DNA of 64,000 bases. Origin: Oscillospiraceae bacterium. GTDB taxonomy: Bacteria > Bacillota > Clostridia > Oscillospirales > Oscillospiraceae. Where the stretch lies: assembly GCA_017512485.1 (NCBI GenBank), contig JAFWGE010000032.1:36721-100720 (forward strand), written 5' to 3'. The position numbers and the translations under genes are program-made. The notes beneath the pieces were generated by a model that saw nothing but the letters and a program-made list of their open reading frames with translations, was not told the DNA's origin and did no database searches. Below, piece after piece: positions 1-9,779 of this stretch; the first letter of the stretch is position 1, and each line of letters begins with the position of its first letter.

Positions 1-54
1 GTCGTCAGCGCATACCCGTTCAGTCTCCGTGTTGTCCCTTCGCGCCGCAAAGCC

Positions 55-1344
55 TTACCGTATCATCCAGCAGGCGCTGAGGATGCCGGCGCTCTTCGTC
101 TCATATCCCATCCTCATCATGCCGGACATCCCTTCAGGATAGATCGCCGCCGCAAATTGCGGCTGCAGGATGTCCGTCTGTGTGTTCTGTCTTAAAAACA
201 CTTTGTAATTGAGTTCCAACTGTACAGGGCGGGACCCTTCATATACATATCTCGCGGCAAAGATATCCGTCAGCAGGCCGTCAATGTAGAAGGAGTAGGT
301 GACCGTTATCCGTTCCCCGTCCTTTTCATACGCGCTGAGATACACGTCCGCATCCCCGCAGTCCGCACCTGCGGAAGCCATAGTAAAACCGCGTGTCGCC
401 TCTATAATTTGTGTGTCGTCGAGGTAACCGTCTTTGCCGGGCTGCAGCCCAAGGGCGTCTATCCTGCCGGGTTCCGTGACCCTGTACGACACCTGCCCGT
501 CCGACCTCACCTTAAGAGTTCCACCGGATAAAAGGTATACGTCCCATCCGTCTTTATCTACGTATCCTTTTTCCGCATACGGGTTGAGTACCAGCTTTTC
601 CATCAGGGAGCTGTACTGCTCCGAGCTTATCGCCCCCCTGTATGAATAGAGGTAAAGGCCCTCATTCATCCCCCCCACAGTCAGTGAACAGGGATCAACG
701 TTTTTATAAGAATCAGATACGGCGGCAAGTTCAAAGCCGAAACGCGCCCCGTTTGGCCTGAAGAGGAAGATATATTCGTCAAGACTGCGGGGCAGGGCGG
801 AAGTGGAACAGGAGAAGTACTCTTCCCCGTCGGTGTACAGCAGCGCGACCGTGTCCGCGTCCGTACAGCAGACCAGGTACCTGCTTGCGGCGAAAGTATG
901 CGGGCACTGGGAAGACAGCCACTTTGCCAGCACGTATACGGGGATCTTTGAATCAAAAGCGATATATATCCCCGTTTTCTCCAGGGCCCTGTACCACTCC
1001 CCGCTGCCGATGGGCACGGCTTCGCCGGCGGAGCCCAGCGCCTCTGAGAAGATAGCGGATGTTTTTGTAAAAGCGGCTTCAAGTTCGTCCGTCCCCCTCA
1101 CCGCGGCATATCTTCCGGTCTCGCCTGTTGCCGCCATCTGTACGGGCACGGCCGCGGCTGCCGTCTCCATGTTTTCCGTTGCCGGAACTGTCCCGGAATA
1201 CAGCACTTTGACCGCGTTCCTCAATGAGCCGTAACCGGAAAGCCCTTCCTGAAAAAGGGCTGTCTGCAGTATCATTGCCACCGCACTGACCGACAGCAGT
1301 ATAATGAGGATGCTTTTTACGGTTTCAATGCCTCGCCGTTTCAT
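55..1344 (-). CDS. Membrane-anchored protein of unknown function, last gene of the two-component operon (a YycH/YycI-like accessory role is only a guess)
   Basis: 429-aa ORF with an N-terminal signal-anchor helix (ILIILLSVSAVAMIL). Its ATG overlaps the kinase stop in an ATGA at 1341-1344. No catalytic motif recognised. Confidence 0.6.
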   Translation of the reverse strand: MKRRGIETVKSILIILLSVSAVAMILQTALFQEGLSGYGSLRNAVKVLYSGTVPATENMETAAAAVPVQMAATGETGRYAAVRGTDELEAAFTKTSAIFSEALGSAGEAVPIGSGEWYRALEKTGIYIAFDSKIPVYVLAKWLSSQCPHTFAASRYLVCCTDADTVALLYTDGEEYFSCSTSALPRSLDEYIFLFRPNGARFGFELAAVSDSYKNVDPCSLTVGGMNEGLYLYSYRGAISSEQYSSLMEKLVLNPYAEKGYVDKDGWDVYLLSGGTLKVRSDGQVSYRVTEPGRIDALGLQPGKDGYLDDTQIIEATRGFTMASAGADCGDADVYLSAYEKDGERITVTYSFYIDGLLTDIFAARYVYEGSRPVQLELNYKVFLRQNTQTDILQPQFAAAIYPEGMSGMMRMGYETKSAGILSACWMIR

Positions 1345-3083
1345 GCTTCTCCCCTCCCGATGGGAAGGATTATCGTCATTACGGTGCCTTCGCCCAGTTT
1401 GCTCTCCACTTCGATCTTCCCGCCGTGCTGCTGGACTATCTCGTGGGCTATCGACAGCCCGAGGCCGGTACCTCCGGACTCCCTCGAGCGCGCCTTGTCC
1501 ACCCTGTAGAAGCGTTCAAACAGCCTGGGTATGTCCTTTTCCGGTATCCCTATGCCATCGTCCCTGACAGACAGGAAAACCTTTTCCCCGTCCTGACGCA
1601 CGATCAATTCGATGTGTCCGTCGTCCGGCGTATACTTTACGGCGTTGGAGACCACGTTCATTATGACCTGTTCTATACGGCTCCTGTCTCCCCACACCCA
1701 TGGGATCTTACCTTCCACTTCCAGGGATATTTCCTGGTTCCTGCGCTTTACGTCCATGCCCACGGCCTCGTACACCGATCTGACCGCGTCAAAGAACGGG
1801 AACCGTTCTTTTTTCATGTCCGATCTCCCGTAATCGAACCGGGACAGGGTCAGCAGGTCCTGAACGATGCGGGACATCCTGTCGGTCTCACTCAGTATCA
1901 CTCCCAGGAATCTCTCTTTTGTATCCTCATCCAGATTGGGAGAATCTATGAGCGTTTCGGCGTAACTCTTAACGTTCGTCAGGGGCGTCCTCAGCTCATG
2001 TGACACGTTTGCCACGAATTCCCTTCTGAGTTCCTCGGTTTTTCTTTGCTCCGTAACGTCATGTATGACTACCAGCACGCCCCCCTGGTCCCCTTTTTCG
2101 GAGAAGGGCGCGAAAAACAGTTCCAGGTCCCGGGTCCCGACTTTCTTTTCCAGTTCCCGATACTCCGGCCTGCGGAGCATGAGGGCTTCGCCAAGGGGAA
2201 GATCCTTTTCAAAAAGTCCGCTGTAGTCCGGTTCCTGATGAGAGTCCATGCCCATCATCACCCTCGCGGAAGGGTTGCTGTGGATAAGTACGCCTCCTCG
2301 TGAAAACGCCAGGACGCCGTCTGTCATATGCAGGAAAAGTGTACTCAGCTTATCCTTCTCGCTCTCGATCTCGTCAAGGGTCTTCTCAAGCACGTCCGCC
2401 ATGTTGTTGAACGTGCCCGTCAGTACGCCTATCTCGTCCCTGGAACTCACCTCAAGTTTATGGGAAAAATCCCCGGCGGATATCCTCTCGGCCCCGTAGC
2501 GGAGCTTCTCCAGAGGCGTAATGAGTATATCTGAAAGCATTATGCTCAGCACCACCGATATACACACGCCGAGTATAAGCCCTTCAAGGATAATGATCAT
2601 TACCTCTCCGGACAGCCGGTGCTGTGTCTGTCCGTTGTCCAGAACATATACTATATAATCTGTCTCAGGCTGCCCGACCGGTATGGCGACGTCCATCACA
2701 GAGGATACAAGGCTCCTCTTCTGCCCTATCTGTCCCTCCATGGCGCGGAGTATGTTTGCCGTGATACACACGCTTTCGGTATCGTTTGACCCGTCCAGCA
2801 CCTGTCCCCCGGTGCTCAGAACGTAAACGTTCCTGGACGTGATATCCACGCCCAGGCTGGATGTCGCCATCAGGAGTTCCTTCAGCCGGGCAGGGCTTTC
2901 CTCTCCGGCTTCATTAAGTTCCGCGATATACTCCGGTGTAAACACCTGGCTCATCTGATCGAAGAAGCTGTTCACATAGAAGGACCTTACCCCGTTTACA
3001 AGGAATGTTCCCACAACGAACATTGCCGCTATCAGCAGCAATGCCATGAACATTGTAACCTTCATGCGAAGACTTCTTGCCAT
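1341..3083 (-). CDS. Sensor histidine kinase (WalK/PhoR-like: TM-loop-TM, HAMP, PAS, HisKA, HATPase)
   Basis: 580 aa. H-box FVANVSHELRTPLT; ATPase boxes VVSNAVKYTP, RDDGIGIP, GGTGLGLSIA. Two N-terminal hydrophobic helices. GGAGGG precedes ATG 3083. Confidence 0.9.
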   Translation of the reverse strand: MARSLRMKVTMFMALLLIAAMFVVGTFLVNGVRSFYVNSFFDQMSQVFTPEYIAELNEAGEESPARLKELLMATSSLGVDITSRNVYVLSTGGQVLDGSNDTESVCITANILRAMEGQIGQKRSLVSSVMDVAIPVGQPETDYIVYVLDNGQTQHRLSGEVMIIILEGLILGVCISVVLSIMLSDILITPLEKLRYGAERISAGDFSHKLEVSSRDEIGVLTGTFNNMADVLEKTLDEIESEKDKLSTLFLHMTDGVLAFSRGGVLIHSNPSARVMMGMDSHQEPDYSGLFEKDLPLGEALMLRRPEYRELEKKVGTRDLELFFAPFSEKGDQGGVLVVIHDVTEQRKTEELRREFVANVSHELRTPLTNVKSYAETLIDSPNLDEDTKERFLGVILSETDRMSRIVQDLLTLSRFDYGRSDMKKERFPFFDAVRSVYEAVGMDVKRRNQEISLEVEGKIPWVWGDRSRIEQVIMNVVSNAVKYTPDDGHIELIVRQDGEKVFLSVRDDGIGIPEKDIPRLFERFYRVDKARSRESGGTGLGLSIAHEIVQQHGGKIEVESKLGEGTVMTIILPIGRGEA

Positions 3084-3095
3084 GGGATTCCCTCC

Positions 3096-3791
3096 TCAGG
3101 ATTTCAGCATATATCCGAGCCCCCGTTTTGTAACGATATATCTCGGTTGGGCCGGGTCGCTTTCGATCTTCTCTCTCAGTCGTCTTACCGTGACGTCCAC
3201 GGTCCTCATGTCTCCGTAATACTCATAATTCCACACTTTTTCCAGAAGCTCTTCCCGTGAGAAAGTGCGGTCAGGCTGCGTCATGAAGAATTTCAGCAGG
3301 TCGAATTCTTTTGCGGTAAGGGAAACAACGTTCCCCGAACGGTAGACCTCGCACCCCACCGGGTCCAGTCTGAGCTCTCCGACCTCCAGCGACTCGTCCT
3401 GGGAGTCTTCCGGCTGAGCCTGGCGGGCCCTCTTACGCATATTTGCCTTGATCCTCGCCATCAGCTCCCGCATGGAAAACGGTTTCGTTATGTAATCGTC
3501 CGCCCCCATTTCCAGACCGGTCACTTTGTCGTCCTCTTCCTCGCGCGCGGTAAGTATGACGACCGGGGTCTGCGTATCCTTCTCCCTGAACTGTCTGCAC
3601 AGTTCGATGCCATCCATTTTCGGGAGCATGAGGTCCAGCAACAGAAGGTCGAATCCCCCCTCAAGAGCCAGTCTCAGACCCTCCTCCCCGTCATACGCCG
3701 CCTGAGTGTCATAGCCGTTTTTCTCCAGGTTGAATTTCAGAATATCCACGATGGCCTTTTCATCTTCTATTATAAGTATCCTCCCGCTCAT
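3096..3791 (-). CDS. OmpR/PhoB-family response regulator (WalR/YycF-like)
   Basis: 231 aa. Receiver motifs ILIIEDE, LLLLDLMLPKMDG, ITKPF. C-terminal winged helix (RTVDVTVRRLREKIE, IVTKRGLGY). Start overlaps the nudix stop (ATGA, 3788-3791). Confidence 0.92.
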   Translation of the reverse strand: MSGRILIIEDEKAIVDILKFNLEKNGYDTQAAYDGEEGLRLALEGGFDLLLLDLMLPKMDGIELCRQFREKDTQTPVVILTAREEEDDKVTGLEMGADDYITKPFSMRELMARIKANMRKRARQAQPEDSQDESLEVGELRLDPVGCEVYRSGNVVSLTAKEFDLLKFFMTQPDRTFSREELLEKVWNYEYYGDMRTVDVTVRRLREKIESDPAQPRYIVTKRGLGYMLKS

Positions 3792-4336
3792 CTGCGCCCC
3801 TCCTTAATAAGGTACTCCCGCGCAAGAAACGCAAGGCACACGGTCTTCGCGTCGATAATACTGCCCGATATCACCTGCCGTACCAGTTCGTCAAGGCTCA
3901 TATCCACAGTTTCCACAAATTCTCCGGCGTCCGGGCAGGCCTCGCTCCTCCGGACGTCCAGAGCCAGAAACAGATGAAGCCGCTCGTCGGCGTGCCCCGG
4001 CGACGCAAAAACGCTGCCCAGCGGGACGACAGTACCGGCGGTCCAGCCCGTCTCCTCCTTCAATTCCCTGGCGGCAGCGGCGGCGGGGTCCTCTCCCGGT
4101 TCCAGCTTGCCCGCAGGTGCTTCAAGCAGATGCTCTCCGGCAGCATATCTGTACTGACGCACCAGTGTCACCGTATCGTCTTCCGATACCGGCAGTATGA
4201 CGGCCGCCCCGCTGCTGCGGACCACCTCCCGTACAGACTCCGCCCCGTCAGGCAGCAAAACGGCGTCCCGCTGAACGGTTATTATCCTGCCGTCGTATAC
4301 GGTCCTGCTCTCTATCGTCTTTTCTGTAAGATCCAT
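3788..4336 (-). CDS. NUDIX hydrolase (ADP-ribose pyrophosphatase-like)
   Basis: 182 aa. Nudix box GKLEPGEDPAAAAARELKEETG. GGAGG 5 nt upstream of ATG 4336. Confidence 0.85.
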   Translation of the reverse strand: MDLTEKTIESRTVYDGRIITVQRDAVLLPDGAESVREVVRSSGAAVILPVSEDDTVTLVRQYRYAAGEHLLEAPAGKLEPGEDPAAAAARELKEETGWTAGTVVPLGSVFASPGHADERLHLFLALDVRRSEACPDAGEFVETVDMSLDELVRQVISGSIIDAKTVCLAFLAREYLIKEGRR

Positions 4337-4501
4337 TGTTACCTCCGAATAAAGGACGCTCCCCGTCCCGCTGCGGACAGGCTGCCCGGCGTATAATCCA
4401 GGCGCTCCCGAATCCGGGTGAAGCAGCCTTATCTGACACAGTATTTACTGAAAATTATACCACATTCGGCCGTACTGTACCACACATATGGCCATCCGTT
4501 C

Positions 4502-4540
4502 AAAAAAACTGCAGCCGTCCGCTAAGGATATCGGCTGCAG
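4502..4540 (-). terminator. Rho-independent terminator downstream of the SLH protein gene
   Basis: Minus strand reads CTGCAGCCG-(13 nt)-CGGCTGCAG followed by TTTTTTT. Confidence 0.6.
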
Positions 4541-4595
4541 TTGCTCATATGTGGTCAGAATTCAGTTCCTGTCAGTATCAATGTTCAGTATGTGT

Positions 4596-7500
4596 TCAGT
4601 ATGTGAGGACTCGGTGCAGCGTCACTGCCATCTCGGCGCGGGTGATGGGCTGCTTCGGATTGAGCTTCCCGCCGGAACCGACAACGACCCCGGTCTGTAC
4701 AAAGTAATTCATGCACTCCGAAGCGTATGAACTCACGTCGTTCCGGTCGGAGAAGGCATTATAATCCGTACCGGACCTGTGGCTCAGCTTCCAGCCCACC
4801 TTGTTTATCGTACGATAGATGAGCGCCATCGCTTCCTCCCTGGTGATCGAACTCTCGGGGGAGAAATTTGTGCCGTCCCCTTTTGCTATCTCAAGATATC
4901 TGGCCACCCTTATGGCAGTTGCGTAGTAATCCTGTTTGACGTCGCTGAAGTTGCTTACGGAACTGGCGTACGAGTCGTATTTGGAGAGGCCGAACGCTCT
5001 GTAGAGCATAAGCATGAAGTCTCCCCTTTTGATATTCGATTCGGGTCCGTAAGAAGTGGCGGTTACCCCCTTCGTTACGTTGTTGGTGTACAGGAAATCG
5101 ACGGAATCGGCAGACCATTTGTAAGAGCCGGCTACATCCGTAAACACGGAGGATTTGTCCTTGGTGATTATCTTTACGGAGATCGTGCCAATATACCAGT
5201 TCCCCTTCACGTCGTATGCCGTATACTTGATGGTCTGCGTCCCACTGTAACCGGCTACAGGCACGAACGCGACCTTTGATATGAGCGCTTCATTGCCAGA
5301 CGGGGCGGTCACATAGCATTTCACGGACGGTGTAAGCCTGTACTCGTACTCTGTAGCGCTCTTGTAGTTATAGAAAAGACTGCCCGCGTTGGGATCGGGA
5401 GCGCAGAACTCCACATAGCTCAGTCCCTCTCCGGTGGCGGTTGTCGATATTTTGCCGAAAGATGTGCCGCTGAAGAGGGCTCCCGTGCAGTACGCGCTGC
5501 CGCTTATGGCGGCCACTTCTCCCTTTGTGATCCTTATCTGCATCACTGCGTTTCTCTGAACGGCCGCGGTGTCCGACCCGTAGACGACCAGCGACAGGGA
5601 GACGGTGGAATTCTCCGAACCGCTGCCGGGAACATAAGTGAGCGAACTAATATATACGTCGCTTTCGGCCGCCTTCCTGACCTTGGAAGCGAGATACAGG
5701 GTCCCTGTCCTGGCCGGGACTCGCTCCTCTTCCTTTTCGCCGTACTTCTCGTACAGGATCCCCGTCTCGGGGAGGGTATCAAGTATTATCCCCTGGAATT
5801 CCGCGCTTTTTTTATATTCTGCAAGTACTGCCGAAAAGTCTTCCTCGTCAAAAGCCAGTGGTTTTCCGACGCTCGTCTGATATATCACGTCTATCTGGTC
5901 GCGCACGGTTATGGAAACAGTCCCCGAAAAACTGACGACCGTCCCGCTGTTCTTTCCGTAGTACGCGGAAGCCGTGAAACCCACGCTGTTGGCGGAACCG
6001 ATATAGTTGCTTTCGGGCTTGAAATACACGCCGTCCAGCATCTGCCGGGAGTACTCCTTTTCCGGACTGATCAGCGTGTCCGACGTTCCTGCGGCCGTGT
6101 AGTACAGCGAACCGTTCTGCAGCGTTCCCTCCGAGAAGCGAACGCTTACCAAAGTATATCCGGACCCCAGGGCGCTCTTCAGCGCTTCGTCAAAATCCTC
6201 TTTCGCGAAGAATACGCTGTTGTTCCTGGTCGTCGTATACGATACGGCCGAACTGCTCTGGCTGACCACGTGTATGGTGCCCGTCACGTACAGGACGTTC
6301 GTCGGGTCGTAAATGGTATATCCCAGTTCAACGGAACCTATTTCCTCAGTGGGGGCATAGTACAGCCCTTTGAACGATTCTTCGGTATAGACCGTGTCGG
6401 ACGTAGCGGGCACATTGGAGGACGCTGACGTATAGAACGTCCCGTAATTTGAACTGAGTGTCCCCTGTACCGAATATGGAAGCAGCGTAAGGATTATATT
6501 CCCCACCGACTGGACGTTCATGGCTTCCTTTGCGGCGCTTATGACTGTCTGTGCGGCCTTTTCCAGGCTCACCAGGTTTTTCGTCTTGTCCTTATTATAG
6601 GTTACGTAGAAGTTCGTATCTTCCAGTTTGCCGTTGGAAACGATTATTTTTATAGTCCCGGAGTACGCCCTGTCTCTCCCCATGGCCTCATACCGGAAAG
6701 TGAACGTGCCCGACTTGAGCGGCGTGATAACGATATCCCGGGAAAAATCGTCCCATATCCCGCCTGTTCCCAGAGAGTATCCCCCCACTTTTACGTCGAG
6801 GTCCGATGCGGGTATGGCGGAGAAGCGGACGTAAGCCAGGTCGCTGGAACCGGACGTACACGCGGCTTTTATCTCCTCGTATTTGATCTCCACCGGAAGC
6901 GCTGTCGTAAGCGCACCCAGTGAGATCGTAGTCTTTTTTACGATCTCTTCGGCGTCGGAATTGTCCACCGAGAAGGTGATGGAATTCTTAAAGCTGTATC
7001 CCGCGGTGTCATAACAGGTATACGCTATCTCAACGTCTCCCCTGCCCGACTTTGCCGCTTTGAAACTCAGCTGCCCTATGGGATACGTCACGCCCGGCCG
7101 GACCTCCTGCCCCGACAGGGTCAGCGTTCCCTGGGTACCGGTGGGGACGTTATCAAATTTGACTGTCGCGGGAACGATGGCGCCGCAGACGTCCGAGGTG
7201 TACTGCGCCGCATGAAGTACGGCTGTCTCTTCCGCGCCGATATTGATCTTCACCGGAACAGCCGCCGGCGGCGTCACCCTGACCCGGAGCGTGCCTTCTC
7301 CTATAAGGGCTCCGCCGCGGTCGTAGGCTTTGACCGAGTATGCCGTGTCGACGTCATATTCCACCGAAGAGATCCTGCTCTCGTTGACCGCGAAAACCAG
7401 GTTCGTGCATTTGCCGCCCGAGCCGACGCTGTAGGCCGCCCCGTTCGCGGTCACGCTCAGATAAGGAGGCGTCGTCCCCGATACCAGTTCGAACTCGGTG

Positions 7501-8030
7501 CAGGGGTCGTCGTCTGTCCTGTCGGTGCCGAAGTCACCTGCCGCAACACTTACCGATCTCAGACCGGCGGCGGTCAGTTCTATGGCCTTGCTGACGGACG
7601 TGAAACTGCTGGCTTTGCCGGCGTATACCTTATAAGTAGTTGTACCGGTATATGCCTCAGCGGCGCTCCCGGCCTTTTTCAGGCTGTAAGAGACCGGCAC
7701 CTGGGCGTATCCGCCGATCTGAACAAGGTTTCCGGAAGTAAAGCCGTTGTCTGTCAGTTCCACCGTATACTGTTCACCGCCGACCGATACGGCGGTTTTC
7801 GCCTTTGCTGACATGGCAGACGATATGGCCACCCCCGCTGTGCTTGCGTATGGCACCGTCAGTGTTACGGCTGTACCGGACACAGCCACGCGACAGCCTC
7901 CGGCGGAGGAGATATCTGCAACCTCCAGCCCGTCATATTCAGACGCCGCAAGCGCTGGGAGTGCGCCCAGGGTCATCACGGCCGCCAGAAGCACGGCCAG
8001 GTACCGGGTTATGATCATTTTCTTAAACAT
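4596..8030 (-). CDS. Large secreted cell-wall-anchored protein with three C-terminal SLH domains
   Basis: Signal peptide MFKKMIITRYLAVLLAAVMTLGALPALAASE. About 950 aa of repetitive beta-rich sequence. Three SLH repeats (FTDVAGSYKW..., FSDVKQDYYA..., FSDRNDVSSYA...ITRAEMAV). Start moved from TTG 8114 to ATG 8030, which has AAAGGAGG 7 nt upstream. Confidence 0.85.
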   Translation of the reverse strand: MFKKMIITRYLAVLLAAVMTLGALPALAASEYDGLEVADISSAGGCRVAVSGTAVTLTVPYASTAGVAISSAMSAKAKTAVSVGGEQYTVELTDNGFTSGNLVQIGGYAQVPVSYSLKKAGSAAEAYTGTTTYKVYAGKASSFTSVSKAIELTAAGLRSVSVAAGDFGTDRTDDDPCTEFELVSGTTPPYLSVTANGAAYSVGSGGKCTNLVFAVNESRISSVEYDVDTAYSVKAYDRGGALIGEGTLRVRVTPPAAVPVKINIGAEETAVLHAAQYTSDVCGAIVPATVKFDNVPTGTQGTLTLSGQEVRPGVTYPIGQLSFKAAKSGRGDVEIAYTCYDTAGYSFKNSITFSVDNSDAEEIVKKTTISLGALTTALPVEIKYEEIKAACTSGSSDLAYVRFSAIPASDLDVKVGGYSLGTGGIWDDFSRDIVITPLKSGTFTFRYEAMGRDRAYSGTIKIIVSNGKLEDTNFYVTYNKDKTKNLVSLEKAAQTVISAAKEAMNVQSVGNIILTLLPYSVQGTLSSNYGTFYTSASSNVPATSDTVYTEESFKGLYYAPTEEIGSVELGYTIYDPTNVLYVTGTIHVVSQSSSAVSYTTTRNNSVFFAKEDFDEALKSALGSGYTLVSVRFSEGTLQNGSLYYTAAGTSDTLISPEKEYSRQMLDGVYFKPESNYIGSANSVGFTASAYYGKNSGTVVSFSGTVSITVRDQIDVIYQTSVGKPLAFDEEDFSAVLAEYKKSAEFQGIILDTLPETGILYEKYGEKEEERVPARTGTLYLASKVRKAAESDVYISSLTYVPGSGSENSTVSLSLVVYGSDTAAVQRNAVMQIRITKGEVAAISGSAYCTGALFSGTSFGKISTTATGEGLSYVEFCAPDPNAGSLFYNYKSATEYEYRLTPSVKCYVTAPSGNEALISKVAFVPVAGYSGTQTIKYTAYDVKGNWYIGTISVKIITKDKSSVFTDVAGSYKWSADSVDFLYTNNVTKGVTATSYGPESNIKRGDFMLMLYRAFGLSKYDSYASSVSNFSDVKQDYYATAIRVARYLEIAKGDGTNFSPESSITREEAMALIYRTINKVGWKLSHRSGTDYNAFSDRNDVSSYASECMNYFVQTGVVVGSGGKLNPKQPITRAEMAVTLHRVLTY

Positions 8031-8178
8031 GGCTGAAATACCTCCTTTACCGGCGATCAGCGCGCATATTCTACCACAGGGGCGCATCGAAATAAAGCCG
8101 CATTGTTTTAACAATTTGATAACAAATCGATCCCTCTGCGCTCAGAAAGGGGCGCTTTGCCTGTTTCGCGCCGTATAA

Positions 8179-9663
8179 TCATCTGTGGAAAAACTTGTTG
8201 GTCTCGTACCGCGGCTCGCAAGTGAGGTTTATCCCCAGCCTGCGGTACACGTCTTCATCTACCTGGGGGACGATCACGGTCGAGTGTGCCTCGCTGCCCT
8301 TAAGGCCTTTTATCGCCTCCAGGGCTCTGCGGGCGCTGTCATCCGTTGCCGCGCTGATGGCCAGGGCCATCAGCGTCTCGTCCGAGTGCAGACGCGGATT
8401 TTTGTTTCCCATTACGTTCGTTTTCAGGCGTTGTATAGGCTCTATAACTTCAGGTGAAATGATAAGCTTTTTCTTCGGCACTTCGCCAAGGGCTTTTGCC
8501 GCATTCAGAAGCGCCGCGGCGGACGGTCCCAGAAGATCCGACGTCTTCCCTCTTACGATCCTGCCGTCGGGCAATTCTATAGACATCGCCGGGAGCCCGG
8601 TGAGTTCCTCTTTGTCCAGGGCTTCCGCCACGACCGGTCTGTCTTTAGTGCTGACCCCCGCCTGCTCCATGAGCAGTTCGGCCTTACGGACGGTGCTTTC
8701 GGGCCACAGGCCTTTGCGGCTGGCGCACAGAGCGGAATAGTAACGCCTTATGATTTCCCCGCCCGCGGCTTTTACTACCACATCGTTGTCGGTTATGCAG
8801 AATCCGGCCATATTGACGCCCATATCTGTGGGGGAGCGGTAAGGGGTGCCGTTGCCGATCTTCTCAAAAATCGCGTTCAGCACCGGGAATGTCTCCACGT
8901 CCCTGTTATAGTTTACACTGACCTTCCCGTAAGCCTCGAGATGGTACGGGTCTATCATATTGACGTCCTGAAGATCCAGCGTTGCCGCCTCGTATGCCAG
9001 GTTCACGGGATGTTTCAGCGGGAGATTCCACACCGGGAACGTTTCAAACTTTGCGTACCCCGCCTTTACCCCTCTGAGGTGCTCATGATACAGCTGGCTC
9101 ATGCACACGGCCATTTTGCCGCTGCCCGGACCCGGCGCGGTGACCACTACCAAGGGTTTTGTCGTCTCTATGTAATCATTTTTCCCGTACCCGTCGGGAC
9201 TGACTATCTTCCTGATGTTGAGGGGATAATCCTCTATGGCGTAATGGCAGTACACCCGCATCCCCAGCATTTCCAGCTTGTTTTTGAATGCGGCCACGGA
9301 CGGATGTGAATTGTACATGGAGATCGTTACCCCGCCGACATACAGCCCCAGGGACCTGAATACGTCTATCATTCTGAGAACGTCGCTCTCGTAGGATATG
9401 CCAAGATCGCCCCTGACCTTGTTTCCCTCTATATCGGCGGCGTTTATCACTACCACCACCTCGACTTTGTCGGTCAGCTTCTGCAGCATCTGCATCTTGC
9501 TGTCCGGCGCGAAACCGGGCAGCACCCTTGCCGCGTGGTAGTCATCGTACAGCTTGCCCCCGAATTCCAGATAGAGTTTTCCACCGTACTCGTTTATACG
9601 GCGGGCTATCTGCTCGGACTGCATCTCCAGATATTTCGCGTTGTCAAAACCCAGTTCCTTCAT
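8179..9663 (-). CDS. UPF0371/DUF1846 family protein
   Basis: 494 aa. The N-terminus FDNAKYLEMQSEQIARRI...KLYLEFGGKLYDDYHAARVLPGF is the family hallmark as I remember it. Confidence 0.85.
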   Translation of the reverse strand: MKELGFDNAKYLEMQSEQIARRINEYGGKLYLEFGGKLYDDYHAARVLPGFAPDSKMQMLQKLTDKVEVVVVINAADIEGNKVRGDLGISYESDVLRMIDVFRSLGLYVGGVTISMYNSHPSVAAFKNKLEMLGMRVYCHYAIEDYPLNIRKIVSPDGYGKNDYIETTKPLVVVTAPGPGSGKMAVCMSQLYHEHLRGVKAGYAKFETFPVWNLPLKHPVNLAYEAATLDLQDVNMIDPYHLEAYGKVSVNYNRDVETFPVLNAIFEKIGNGTPYRSPTDMGVNMAGFCITDNDVVVKAAGGEIIRRYYSALCASRKGLWPESTVRKAELLMEQAGVSTKDRPVVAEALDKEELTGLPAMSIELPDGRIVRGKTSDLLGPSAAALLNAAKALGEVPKKKLIISPEVIEPIQRLKTNVMGNKNPRLHSDETLMALAISAATDDSARRALEAIKGLKGSEAHSTVIVPQVDEDVYRRLGINLTCEPRYETNKFFHR

Positions 9664-9779
9664 TCTCTGCCGGGACTGTCCCGTCTTCCCCCCATCACAG
9701 CAATTCTCGGGTCTTATACCTCAGCGCGCTGGAATGGCTCTTTCCGGTACGCCGATCTTTTTCTCTTTACGCCCGGGTA

